Assembly (NCBI GenBank): GCA_965215885.1
Contig: CBDCEW010000030.1
Span: forward strand, 1 to 45,830
Direction of reading: 5' to 3'
DNA: 45,830 bases
Source of the DNA: Candidatus Moanibacter sp.
Lineage (GTDB): Bacteria > Verrucomicrobiota > Verrucomicrobiia > Opitutales > UBA2987
Shown here: piece after piece, positions 1 through 8,980 of the stretch
Layout: each line of letters begins with the position of its first letter
Numbering within the stretch: position 1 is the stretch's first letter
The notes under the pieces: generated by a model
Seen by the model: the letters and a program-made list of their open reading frames with translations, nothing else
The model's database searches: none
Told to the model about the DNA's origin: nothing
Position numbers and translations under genes: made by a program

Positions 1-196
1 AATGTTGTTGTTCAACTAGACCAGTATCCGACCGCTTTGTATCCGGCCCCAAGGCCCGAGAGATCTCGGAAAAGGCTTCAACAGCTTCACACGTATGTGT
101 AATCCGCATGTCTTCGCGACGTTGCTGTTCAAGTACTGGCGCTGCTCGTTTCCAGGCAGCTACCCGCTTTCTCAGCTTCTCAATATCGACAGACAT
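1..196 (-). CDS. Small hypothetical protein, possibly antitoxin-like (runs off window edge)
   Basis: Not in the ORF track. ATG at 196-194 opens MSVDIEKLRKRVAAWKRAAPVLEQQRREDMRITHT...SDTGLVEQQH with no stop before position 1. The W..A...LE..R and GLVEQQ pattern recalls small proteins encoded next to nucleotidyltransferase-type toxins (recollection, unverified). Confidence 0.5.
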   Translation of the reverse strand, partial: MSVDIEKLRKRVAAWKRAAPVLEQQRREDMRITHTCEAVEAFSEISRALGPDTKRSDTGLVEQQH

Positions 197-238
197 ATTG
201 ACAATAATAGTGTGGCAAGAATCAGAAGCAAGAATCGA

Positions 239-1855
239 TCACTGTTCGAGCGGGTGGCCGCCGGCAATCAGGCCCAGTCGATACCATTTGTCATCGCTCT
301 CGAAGTGCACCTGGTTAAAGAGCGCGAGTCCGATCTTTTGATCCAGGTTCTCGACCCGCTCCTTTCCGTGGCCATTTTTGTTGAGAGACTGAGCGAGCCA
401 TTTTGCGGCAATATCGGCGTCTTGAAAGCGCATTTTCCTAAGTGTGTCCTTCCGTTTCGAGTGTAAGTTGCGAACGACTTCCGAGAGGTAGTCCGGGCGC
501 ATGGCATCGAGAAAAGCATCGACGCCCTCTACGGGGGAGAGGAGGCGATGAAAATGTGCGTTGAATAGAGTCGTGCCGGTCCCGCTTCCCAGACCAATCC
601 CCTGGGGATAACCTTCTATTTTCGGGGCGAAAGCTTCCATGCCGCCAGGGATAGAAGCACCCACCACCGATGGAATGTTTCTGGTCATTTTGGCGAATCG
701 TTCGTTCGCACTTTTGCTGGTGAGATATTGAAGAAAGTCGAGCGCGATTTCGGGATGGCGGGACTGCCGTGTAAGGCCAAAAGACCAACGACTGATATTG
801 CCTCCCTCTGAGACTCTGCCGAAGAGATATCGTCCGAAAAGCGGATGGCGCTGGTCCGGCAAGGGAATTTCGAAGGCGCCGACTTCAAAAGGCACCTGCT
901 GCTTAATAGTTCCAGCCATTCCGCTGTCCGCCAAGATCATCAATGCCCGTTCCTGGCCGAAGTAGAAGAGCGTATCATTCGATCTCTGTTGAAAGAAACC
1001 GGGCTGCATGTATCCACACACCTCCTGCGCAAGCTGCAGGCAGAGGCGGATCTCTTCTTCGTCAAGACTCCACTTCCCCAAAAGATAAGTGATACCGCTG
1101 TAGAAAGTTCGTAGATTTCGGTTCGAGTCGGAACGAAGCGCAAGGGTGAGGGTCTGGCACTTTATGAGTCGATGGATGAAGGCGGATTCACGTCCCGCCA
1201 CTGCGATCGGATAGATCGATTTGCCCCTCCTCTCGGAATAGTCTTGGACCAATTCGCAGAGGGCAATAAATTCGGTATAATTCCGTGGAATCGACTGGTC
1301 GCCGGCAATCTGCCGAAGCAGATCGCGATTATAGATAACCCGGATGGTGTTGGCCACGAGAGGTACTCCCCAATATGCTGCAAGGCTGTCCCAGTAATTT
1401 GGAGGCCCGACCAGGTCGTCGACGAATGTTTCGCGCCAGGGGACTCCCTCCAGTTCGGTGCCGCGGTTATACGGGTTTGGTTTTCCCATAAACGCATTGA
1501 GAGTGGAAAAGTGAAACATGACCTGCTCTCGCGTAGGAATTGTGTCCAGAAGAATGAGATCGGTCGCCATCTTCCCGACCAATTTGGTTTGTACCCAGCT
1601 AGCGTAGACTGCCCGCGGGATGACGACTTCCCGGATAGAGACACCGGGATTATCCCTTTCGTAGGCATCGGCTATCGCTCTGAGACCTGCCTGGACGCTT
1701 TCCTCCTGGATATAGTGGGCATACCTGACAATCGTCTTGTCGGGATCCGATTGCACTCTGTTGTAGTTGAGAACGCGACCAAACGATAACGCGAAACAAA
1801 GGCCCAGGAGGATCGCGCCTATGGCGTTTGAGAGTCTCGACACGGCAAATTTCAA
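239..1855 (-). CDS. ABC transporter extracellular solute-binding protein (sugar-binding family 1-like)
   Basis: 538 aa. N-terminal TM anchor; YWGVPL..NTIRVIYNRDLL, SFGLTRQSRHPEIALDFLQYLTS and FAKMTRNIPSV segments typical of SBP_bac_1. Confidence 0.85.
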   Translation of the reverse strand: MKFAVSRLSNAIGAILLGLCFALSFGRVLNYNRVQSDPDKTIVRYAHYIQEESVQAGLRAIADAYERDNPGVSIREVVIPRAVYASWVQTKLVGKMATDLILLDTIPTREQVMFHFSTLNAFMGKPNPYNRGTELEGVPWRETFVDDLVGPPNYWDSLAAYWGVPLVANTIRVIYNRDLLRQIAGDQSIPRNYTEFIALCELVQDYSERRGKSIYPIAVAGRESAFIHRLIKCQTLTLALRSDSNRNLRTFYSGITYLLGKWSLDEEEIRLCLQLAQEVCGYMQPGFFQQRSNDTLFYFGQERALMILADSGMAGTIKQQVPFEVGAFEIPLPDQRHPLFGRYLFGRVSEGGNISRWSFGLTRQSRHPEIALDFLQYLTSKSANERFAKMTRNIPSVVGASIPGGMEAFAPKIEGYPQGIGLGSGTGTTLFNAHFHRLLSPVEGVDAFLDAMRPDYLSEVVRNLHSKRKDTLRKMRFQDADIAAKWLAQSLNKNGHGKERVENLDQKIGLALFNQVHFESDDKWYRLGLIAGGHPLEQ

Positions 1856-2730
1856 TGAATCCTCTCGCGTTTTTTCGTTGCGATAAGCGCCAATCGTTCT
1901 CGCACCATCGTCACTCTTGAATCCCTTCCGTATTCACGAAGGAACCTCTTGAAATACTCCAGTGCGAGGTCATCTCTTCCAAGTTCCTCAGCCAGGACGC
2001 CGACGATGACAAAGACGTTTCCACGAAAGTTTTCGGCCGCAACACCGAGTTGGGCACATTCGTGATAGTGTTTCAGACTGACTTCGGGCGGCAGTCCGAT
2101 CCGCTGGGAAGCGCGACCCATCAAAAAGTGGAAGCTACTGTGTAGGTGCCGATTCGGCATCCGTTCACCCAATGATTCGATCTCGAAGAAGAGTGTTTGC
2201 CTTTCCGTTTCAATCAGATCAGGATCATAGAGATGAATCATGGCGCGGCGGTGCAAAGCCAGCTGCCCGAAAAAGCTGCCCGGGAATTGCTCGAAAAGTT
2301 GAGTATAATACTTTAGTGCCTGCTCGTAATCAAAAGGGCGCCGGTGGACCTCTGAAATGCGGCCAAGAAAGTAGAGCGAAGCGATACCCGGGCCCGATCC
2401 GGGCGCGTTCCGGCGAATCAGCTCGAATTCTCGAGCGGCGGCCTCCGTATTGCGCTGTGTTTTGGGTTGCTTATTAAGAAGCGCAAGCGCCTTGGTAAAG
2501 CTGAGCTTGTTCGCCGGTTCTTCCTCGCGTATCTCCGCTCGCTTCGCGATTTCCAGGGCTTCATTGGAGTTGTGCTTCTGGATACTCTCGAGAGCGGCTG
2601 CCAGAGAGTGTTCATGCACCGGCTCCGCTGCCGGGGCCCGAGCAGGATCGAATATGAAGACGAGTGCCCAGACTGCTGCTGCTGCTTTCGTTCTGGTGTA
2701 GAGCACTTTTCTTTTGGACCTGATGCTCAT
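1852..2730 (-). CDS. Secreted tetratricopeptide-repeat protein
   Basis: Start moved to ATG 2730 (MSIRSKRK...), because the longer ORF runs through intergenic repeats. Signal-peptide-like N-terminus; TPR-like helices SLYFLGRI, ALKYYTQLFEQFPGS, ALEYFKRFLREY. Overlaps the SBP start by 4 nt (coupled). Confidence 0.7.
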   Translation of the reverse strand: MSIRSKRKVLYTRTKAAAAVWALVFIFDPARAPAAEPVHEHSLAAALESIQKHNSNEALEIAKRAEIREEEPANKLSFTKALALLNKQPKTQRNTEAAAREFELIRRNAPGSGPGIASLYFLGRISEVHRRPFDYEQALKYYTQLFEQFPGSFFGQLALHRRAMIHLYDPDLIETERQTLFFEIESLGERMPNRHLHSSFHFLMGRASQRIGLPPEVSLKHYHECAQLGVAAENFRGNVFVIVGVLAEELGRDDLALEYFKRFLREYGRDSRVTMVRERLALIATKKRERIH

Positions 2731-3226
2731 TCGAATTTCGACTGCGATTGTGATTACGATTATGGATTGGCTGGATCGACGTTCGCAAGTCGTGGTCCTA
2801 ATCGTAGTCGATGGTCGACAGCTGATGCAAAGACGGCAACGGATAAGAAGCGGTCGGCGAAAAGGTAGTAGCGATTCGAATTCCTGCTGTTTGGATCCTC
2901 CTTTCAATATCGTATGCGGAGCCCTTCGACATTGCTCAGGTCAGGCCTCCGGTCCACCACTGGCAACCCTGCCGTACGGAAGGGTGGGTCCCGTCTTCGC
3001 ACTGCGTGCTGCGCCGAGGCAGGCTGGGCGCTCCGCCGCACGATGTAACCTTCGATCACGATTACGATTGGGTGAATAACTCCTGAAAAATCGATGTTGG
3101 ATCAGAGGATTGCCTTTTCGACGAAGATAACGATCCCGCTCAGCGGGTCTGCGACGAAGTATTTGCAATCTTGACTTTCGACGTTTTTGTGCGAAAATTC
3201 TTGTACGAAAAATATAAACCAGAACG

Positions 3227-3493
3227 ATGAAGAAACTTAGCATTTCTGATGTGCGCAATAATCTTCCTTCCGTCATAGAGGGTGTTTCACAAACCAAAGA
3301 AACAGTTGTGGTAACTCGCTACGGAAAGCCGGTTGCGAGTATCATTCCTTTCAGGGACAAGAAATCACAGGAGACACCTTATCCGTTACGCGGGCAGTCG
3401 ATCACCGTGGCGGACGACTTTGATGAACCTATTTCTGTTGAATGGAATGCCTTGGCCGTGGCGGAGAACCCCGCTGAGTATGGTGGTCCTTGA
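3227..3493 (+). CDS. Phd/YefM family antitoxin
   Basis: MKKLSISDVRNNLPSVIEGVSQTKETVVVTRYGKPVASIIP is a canonical Phd fold; overlaps the downstream PIN toxin. Confidence 0.9.
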   Translation: MKKLSISDVRNNLPSVIEGVSQTKETVVVTRYGKPVASIIPFRDKKSQETPYPLRGQSITVADDFDEPISVEWNALAVAENPAEYGGP

Positions 3494-3875
3494 CACTCAT
3501 TCGTGGCTTTGGTGGGTTCATGATCCCTCCCGGCTCTCGCGACGGGCGAAAGCTGCGATCCAGAATGCGGAAAAGACTGATGGAATTCGGATTTCAGTCA
3601 TCTCAGTCTGGGAGATCGCCGTGAAGAGCGAACTCGGCAAATTGGAACTGCCACTAGAGATCAATGAATGGTTCCATCAGGCAAGTTCGTATCCAAATAT
3701 CATTGTTGAACCTGTATCGGCGCAGGATGCAATTGCGAGTTCAAGATTACCCGGCGAGTTTCACAGGGACCCCGCCGACAGAATCATCGTTGCGATGAGT
3801 CGGCGATACGGAGTCGATCTTGTGACCTCCGACAGGCTGATACTCGCGTATCCCCACGTCCTGACTGTCTGGTAG
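3480..3875 (+). CDS. vapC: VapC-family PIN-domain toxin
   Basis: Start at ATG 3480: VVLDTHSWLWW, ISVWEIAVK, FHRDPADRIIVA, LVTSD are the PIN acidic motifs. Confidence 0.9.
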   Translation: MVVLDTHSWLWWVHDPSRLSRRAKAAIQNAEKTDGIRISVISVWEIAVKSELGKLELPLEINEWFHQASSYPNIIVEPVSAQDAIASSRLPGEFHRDPADRIIVAMSRRYGVDLVTSDRLILAYPHVLTVW

Positions 3876-3994
3876 GGGTAGCAGAGTGGAAGAGTTAAAG
3901 AGTTGCAGAGTGGAGTAGTAAATAGTGATCAGTATGCAGTGGTCACTGGCCTTTACTGACGGGGCTACAGATCAGCTCGAATATCCGCGAGGGA

Positions 3995-4066
3995 TGTAGG
4001 AGCGGGTTTGTTTATCCCGCGATGGGAAATAAGTGGTACGGATCGAGGCATGAAGCCTCTCCTACA
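3995..4066. repeat. GTAG-type REP doublet (REPIN-like)
   Basis: TGTAGGAGCGGGTTT..CCCGCGA, spacer, then TCGAGGCATGAAGCCTCTCCTACA: two inverted hairpin REPs with GTAG/CTAC outer ends. Confidence 0.7.
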
Positions 4067-4320
4067 GCCTGGCGGTAATCGATGTGACCAGGGGTGGAGC
4101 AGCTACGAGAGGTAGCCTTCGTCGTTAGCCTTGTCGAACTATGAACCAAGACAGAATGTCGAACAGATTCCCGCTCTACTATCGTGCCTACTGACGAGCG
4201 ACCATCCAAATTTCATCGTAAGCCTCGTCGTAAGCTTTGTCGAGAGAAAGAGAAAAAGGACGATGAAGCTCGCGACAAAGTTTCGAAGAAGCTCGAGGCG
4301 GGATCTGGCGGACCTAGAGT

Positions 4321-4543
4321 GTCATTGCGAGGAAGAATGACGAAGCAATCCAGGCATTCAAAATTTCGTAAGAGTAGACTATATTTCCGTTCAGGGGGAA
4401 CACTAACTCCACCCTATAGTGCCACGCCGCCGGATAGCTCCGCCAAGGGGAATGACGGGATCATATTGTTCCAGCCAAAATGGGAGCGGCAAACTTGCGT
4501 CCTGGCTTATCGGGATTCTAGATTGCTTCGTCATTCTTCCTCG
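4321..4543. repeat. Palindromic element with perfect 23-bp inverted arms, right arm interrupted by the IS4 insertion
   Basis: CGAGGAAGAATGACGAAGCAATC (4328-4350) is the reverse complement of 4521-4543. The expected continuation CAATGA reappears at 6175-6180, after the IS. Confidence 0.75.
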
Positions 4544-4555
4544 TCCCGCTCGGCG

Positions 4556-6161
4556 CATACGCGTAAACCTTATTTTCGCAACTTAGTCAGATTCAAAGAC
4601 TTGCGAGGTATTTTGCGGCGGAGTATGAGGGTGTCTCTATCCTCGAGGTTCCACTCCATTTGTTCGCCCTTTTCTATTTGCTTCGTTTCGACCACAGCGG
4701 TGAGGAAATTCGCAGTTGAGCGAGTGCATTTTGGCCGGGTTATCTTCTCTACTTTTACCGTCTACCCCATTTTTTTTCACTTTGGCAGCATTTTATACTG
4801 TACATTCGTTCATATATAGGATTTATCCTTCGGATGCAAAGTATAAAAAAAGCTGATTGTATCCGTCAAACCTTCCGTAAGTTGAACCTCACAGCCCTCG
4901 CTAAACAGAGTGGTTTTAGAGAGAGGAAATCGCGCAAGATCTCCCCTCTGAACTTTGTTTTGGCTTTGCTGGCGATGGCTTCTAAGGGGGCCTTGTCCCT
5001 TGGCAAAGAAGCCGAGCTTATTGGATTCTTAGCCAACCGCACCATTTCCAGACAAGCGGTCCAAAAGTGCGCCAAAAAAGCCACCGCTTTTATGACCTTA
5101 GTGCTCCTGAGGCTTTTAGAACTTAAAGCTTATGGGCCTGTGGGCAGAGCTGTTCCAAATTGCATGAGGAGCTTTGAACGGGTTCTCATTGCCGACAGCA
5201 CTTCGATTGGCTTGCCTAAGGTCCTGGCCCCCTTCTTCCCCGGAGCGTCCAATCAGACAGGCTCCAAACAGGCTCAACTGAAGATTCAGGCCTATTACGA
5301 TCTGCGCAATGAATCCTTCGTTGACTTCAGCCTCAGTAGCTTCCGAAAAAACGATCAGGCTGCTTCCAAAGACATTCTCGCTCTCGCTCAACCCAACGAC
5401 TTGATCCTGCGCGACTTAGGCTATTTTGTCCTCGATGTCTTTAAGCAACTCGATCAGCGCGGCTGCTTCTTTGTGAGTCGTTTGAAAACCGGCACTTGCC
5501 TTTTAGCCAACGAAGGCGATGAAGAGCTCGATCTACGCAAACTTTTACGTGGCCAAAAGCTTCTCGATATGCCCGTTCGGGTGGGTAAAAAAGCCAAGCT
5601 TCCGGTTCGTCTGATCGCCGTCAAACTCCCTCAGAAGGTGGCCCATAAACGCCGCCGCGAGCATAGACAAAACCGCGACAATAGACTTCGATATACCAGC
5701 CGCACCAGCTTCCTTCTCGGTTTCCAAATCTTTATTACCAACCTCCATCAGAAAGACTTTAGCCCTAAGCAGATTCTGAGCTTTTACGGGCTTCGCTGGC
5801 GCATCGAAATTTTCTTTAAGGCCTTTAAGCAACATCTTAATCTCGGTCAGGTCAAAGAGACTACTCCCTACCAGGTTGAGCTTCTTATCTACGCCCGTCT
5901 CATCCTCATTACCCACTTACTCAACTTCGTCTATGGTCCCCTTAGACACTATTCGAATACCAGTTTGTCCTCTCCTCTGAGTATCCTTAAATTCTCCTAC
6001 TGGTTTGGCTTCTTTGCTCCCTACTTCTTCATCCTCTCTCACCTTCCCAAAGATCAGATCATCCCCCGATGGCTCAAACAAATCCCCAAACACTGCACCT
6101 ATGAAAAGCGTTCTCGTCTTGATTTCCTCTCTTGTTTCTTCTCCTTAGGTTAACGCAAATG
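4556..6161 (+). mobile_element. IS4-family insertion sequence (IS231-like, CAT...ATG ends)
   Basis: Imperfect terminal IRs CATACGCGTAAACCTTA (4556) vs reverse complement of the right end CATTTGCGTTAACCTAA (to 6161), 13/17 identical. The transposase stop lies within the right IR. Confidence 0.85.
4834..6153 (+). CDS. IS4-family DDE transposase
   Basis: IADSTSIGLP (D1), LRDLGYF (D2) and YGLRWRIEIFFKAFKQ (Y-R-E-K signature). Confidence 0.93.
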   Translation: MQSIKKADCIRQTFRKLNLTALAKQSGFRERKSRKISPLNFVLALLAMASKGALSLGKEAELIGFLANRTISRQAVQKCAKKATAFMTLVLLRLLELKAYGPVGRAVPNCMRSFERVLIADSTSIGLPKVLAPFFPGASNQTGSKQAQLKIQAYYDLRNESFVDFSLSSFRKNDQAASKDILALAQPNDLILRDLGYFVLDVFKQLDQRGCFFVSRLKTGTCLLANEGDEELDLRKLLRGQKLLDMPVRVGKKAKLPVRLIAVKLPQKVAHKRRREHRQNRDNRLRYTSRTSFLLGFQIFITNLHQKDFSPKQILSFYGLRWRIEIFFKAFKQHLNLGQVKETTPYQVELLIYARLILITHLLNFVYGPLRHYSNTSLSSPLSILKFSYWFGFFAPYFFILSHLPKDQIIPRWLKQIPKHCTYEKRSRLDFLSCFFSLG

Positions 6162-6266
6162 CGCGCAGCGGGAACAATGAAGGGTGGATAAGAGCGCGAT
6201 TCGGTCGAGTAGAAAAGACCCACACCTTAACCCTCCCAGGAAGGGATTTTACCGTGGCGGTGAATG

Positions 6267-7394
6267 TTACTTCATTTCCCCTCTACGCCAAACTTCATAA
6301 GGGTTGTCACGATTCTCTAACGGGAAAGCTACCCGCGTTCCCAGACGCTGGGATTCATGAACGGCCATAATCATTTCGAGGGCAGCACGGGCATCCCGGC
6401 CACTCGAGCAAGCAATCACTTCGCGGTCTTCTTCAATGGCCTGGATGAGTTCCTCAACGATCATTCGGTTGCTGCGCTTTGTGGGCTCTCCGCTTTCCCA
6501 ATCATCGATAAGCACACGCTCCCAACTTCCATCTTCTTCCGACGCAGTCCACAGTCCATGCGGATAAATGTACATCTCCCCACCGGGAGAGTTGCGGAGC
6601 GAGATTATGCCTTTGGTTCCATACACCTCAAAGCCGAACCAGCGGGTAGCAGTGATGTTCCCGGAGGGAATGCCCCTGTATGACTCATAGTATGCCCTCA
6701 TCCCGTTCTTGAAAACATAATACCCTGATACGCCGTTGCCGGCCAGCAGCCCGACTTGCTCATCGCCCTCGCGGATATCCGCAAGCGCCACCTCATGGCC
6801 ATCCTGGGTGACGTGCCCATGTGCCCAGGCAACATCGGACCCGGCAAAATAGCGCATGCTGTCCAGGATATGCGTCCCCAACACCATCAGATCCATCGCT
6901 CCGGCGCGGTGATCGTCCTTTCCGTGACCGCGCATCACCTGTATTTCTCCTATTTCACCGGCATCGACCAGTTTCTTGGCATGCTGTTCATAGGCGCTTG
7001 CCCGCCGATGCGCGACCGCGATCTTTACCCGGTTGCGATCACAAGCATCAATCATGGCATCGGCTTCAGCCAAGGTCCTTGCCAGGGGCTTCTCGCAGAG
7101 GATGCCCTTCACTCCGGCTTCCGCACAGGCGATGACCATCTCGGCGTGACAGTCGATCCAGCGCGGGCCGACGCTTACCAAATCCAGGTTCGCTTTATCC
7201 AGCATCTCCCGGTAATCAGCATAGGATTGTTCAGCCCCCGTTCGTTCGGCGGCTGCCTGGCGACCGTCTGGATCGGGGTCTACGACGGCAATAAATTCGA
7301 CATTCGGGATTCCCTGGTAGGCCACGTCGAGGGAGTGGCCATAGTCGCCCTGGCCGGTTCTGCCAATGGCTCCTGCACGATAAGATGCGGTCAT
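6267..7394 (-). CDS. Gfo/Idh/MocA family oxidoreductase
   Basis: YRAGAIGRTG Rossmann start, ILCEKPLA, GTHILD. Likely start ATG 7394 (ORF track extends to 7430). Confidence 0.9.
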   Translation of the reverse strand: MTASYRAGAIGRTGQGDYGHSLDVAYQGIPNVEFIAVVDPDPDGRQAAAERTGAEQSYADYREMLDKANLDLVSVGPRWIDCHAEMVIACAEAGVKGILCEKPLARTLAEADAMIDACDRNRVKIAVAHRRASAYEQHAKKLVDAGEIGEIQVMRGHGKDDHRAGAMDLMVLGTHILDSMRYFAGSDVAWAHGHVTQDGHEVALADIREGDEQVGLLAGNGVSGYYVFKNGMRAYYESYRGIPSGNITATRWFGFEVYGTKGIISLRNSPGGEMYIYPHGLWTASEEDGSWERVLIDDWESGEPTKRSNRMIVEELIQAIEEDREVIACSSGRDARAALEMIMAVHESQRLGTRVAFPLENRDNPYEVWRRGEMK

Positions 7395-7823
7395 GTCTTT
7401 ATTTCGATATTCTTTAAGTTCATCTCTCACCTAAAACCTAACACATAGTCATTGATAAATCATGAACCAGGGATTAGAACCGAGCCTTCGACTCGGCTTC
7501 AAATCCTTGTCTTGTGATGCGCCGAATTACCATAATGCTTCTTTTGGAGAAATGGCCTTAAGCTTTTTTTTGAGGGTTTTGATTTGAATCTTTAATTCTT
7601 CCTTCTTGATTGGAGGAGCGGCTTTAAGATCCCGTTTCAAAGACTTCAATTCTAGCTTCTTATTCTTGATCTCTTCTTGAATTTCCGGCGACGCATGGTG
7701 TCGCATGGCTCCATCTGGTAAGAATTTTGTCATACTGGCTTAAGTTGATTAATTGGCATAACGTCAAGGCTGTCCCACATCTGACCTGAAGGCGAGCGTT
7801 GACTGATGGGTGAACTTTCGATT

Positions 7824-7981
7824 CTAGCCCGAACATCTCACAAACCATCTGCTGCGATCCCGGAATGCCGGGACGACCTCAGAGGGTTCCAACACACTGT
7901 CGCCCGCCGGTCTGCGAAAAAGCCTTTATCCACAGCAATCTACGGGGTCTCGCGACGATGTGTGTGAGATGTTCGGGCTAG
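7824..7981 (+). mobile_element. CTAG-bounded MITE, 158-bp form
   Basis: Terminal IRs CTAGCCCGAACATCTCACA / TGTGAGATGTTCGGGCTAG; homologous to copies at 16908, 24499, 26739 and 39746. Confidence 0.8.
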
Positions 7982-8127
7982 CGGGCCTGATTTTATCGTG
8001 ATCGAGAACGATAGAGGGCGAGACAGGAGATGAATTCCTCGAAACAGGACCGCGCTGCGGGATCGCAATGACAAGCTTGCGACAGAGTAGTCGATTATCT
8101 GGCTGAACGGAGCCACGAGCGAAGAGA

Positions 8128-8219
8128 ACCCACCCCTTACCCCTCCGAGGAGGGGAACTTGAGCTGACAGTAATAGTTTCTTCAGCCCCCCTCCTGGGAG
8201 GGGCAGGGGTGGATTTCCC
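8128..8219. repeat. Palindromic REP-like element, copy 1 (upstream of DUF559 gene)
   Basis: ACCCACCCCTTACCCCTCCGAGGAGGGGA...CCCCTCCTGGGAGGGGCAGGGGTGGAT; near-identical direct copy at 8737-8829. Confidence 0.85.
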
Positions 8220-8299
8220 TCCCTTTAAAAACGCAAGCCATGTCGGTTGATGCTTCACTATTGAGAAGCCGTTCCGTAAGATTTGTGATATCGGTGACC

Positions 8300-8701
8300 G
8301 TGCAGCGAAAGATCATCCCCTATAATCCCAAACTCAAAGAGCGAGCAAAGGAGCGCAGGAAGAACATGACGCTTGCAGAAGTGCTCCTTTGGAAAGAAAT
8401 CAAACAGAAAAGCATGTTGGGATACGATTTCGATCGGCAGAGGCCAATCGATGAATATATCGTGGATTTCTATTGCAAGGATCTTTCCCTGGCTATCGAG
8501 GTCGATGGCTCCAGCCATAATTTCAACGAACAGAAGCATGCAATCAGGCAAAGACGATTGGAGAGCCTGGGCATCAGATTTTTGAGATTCTGGGACCACG
8601 ATGTTAAGAATGATATGCAGACTATTTTGCGCAGTATCCGAGAATGGATAGTGGAGAATTGTGACCCACCCGTGGCCGGGGAGGGAAAGGTGACTGAATA
8701 G
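8300..8701 (+). CDS. DUF559 / Vsr-like endonuclease domain protein
   Basis: Likely GTG start at 8300. YNPKLKERAKERRKNMTLAEVLLW, FDRQRPIDEYIVDFYC, LAIEVDGSSH and LESLGIRFLRF are hallmark DUF559 segments. Confidence 0.9.
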   Translation: MQRKIIPYNPKLKERAKERRKNMTLAEVLLWKEIKQKSMLGYDFDRQRPIDEYIVDFYCKDLSLAIEVDGSSHNFNEQKHAIRQRRLESLGIRFLRFWDHDVKNDMQTILRSIREWIVENCDPPVAGEGKVTE

Positions 8702-8736
8702 TCGCTTTGATTGAAGGTCGCTTCAGAAGATAAGAC

Positions 8737-8829
8737 ACCCACCCCTAACCCCTCCGAGGAGGGGATCTTGAGCTAACAGTAATAGTTTCTTCAGTTCCCC
8801 TCCTGGGAGGGGCCAGGGGTGGGTTTCCC
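8737..8829. repeat. Palindromic REP-like element, copy 2 (downstream of DUF559 gene)
   Basis: Direct repeat of 8128-8219, including the spacer CTTGAGCT.ACAGTAATAGTTTCTTCAG. Confidence 0.85.
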
Positions 8830-8911
8830 GTTCCTGCCAATCCGCAGATCCTCCGAAGCCACGCGCGTAGGAGGGGAGCATTTATCTCCTTCATCCTCAG
8901 CCGCCACCAAA

Positions 8912-8946
8912 GAAAAAGGGCCGTCGCTCGTGCGACGGCCCTTTGT
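8912..8946 (-). terminator. Rho-independent terminator of the TonB receptor gene
   Basis: Stem AAAGGGCCGTCGC / GCGACGGCCCTTT followed on the minus strand by a T-run, about 35 nt after the stop at 8981. Confidence 0.8.
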
Positions 8947-8980
8947 TAAAGTTGTGAGTTATCGAAATCTACTACCGCGA

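Noticed and set aside
4184..4819. 211-aa ORF upstream of the IS4 transposase
   Set aside because: Crosses several repeats and the IS boundary; no protein-like features.
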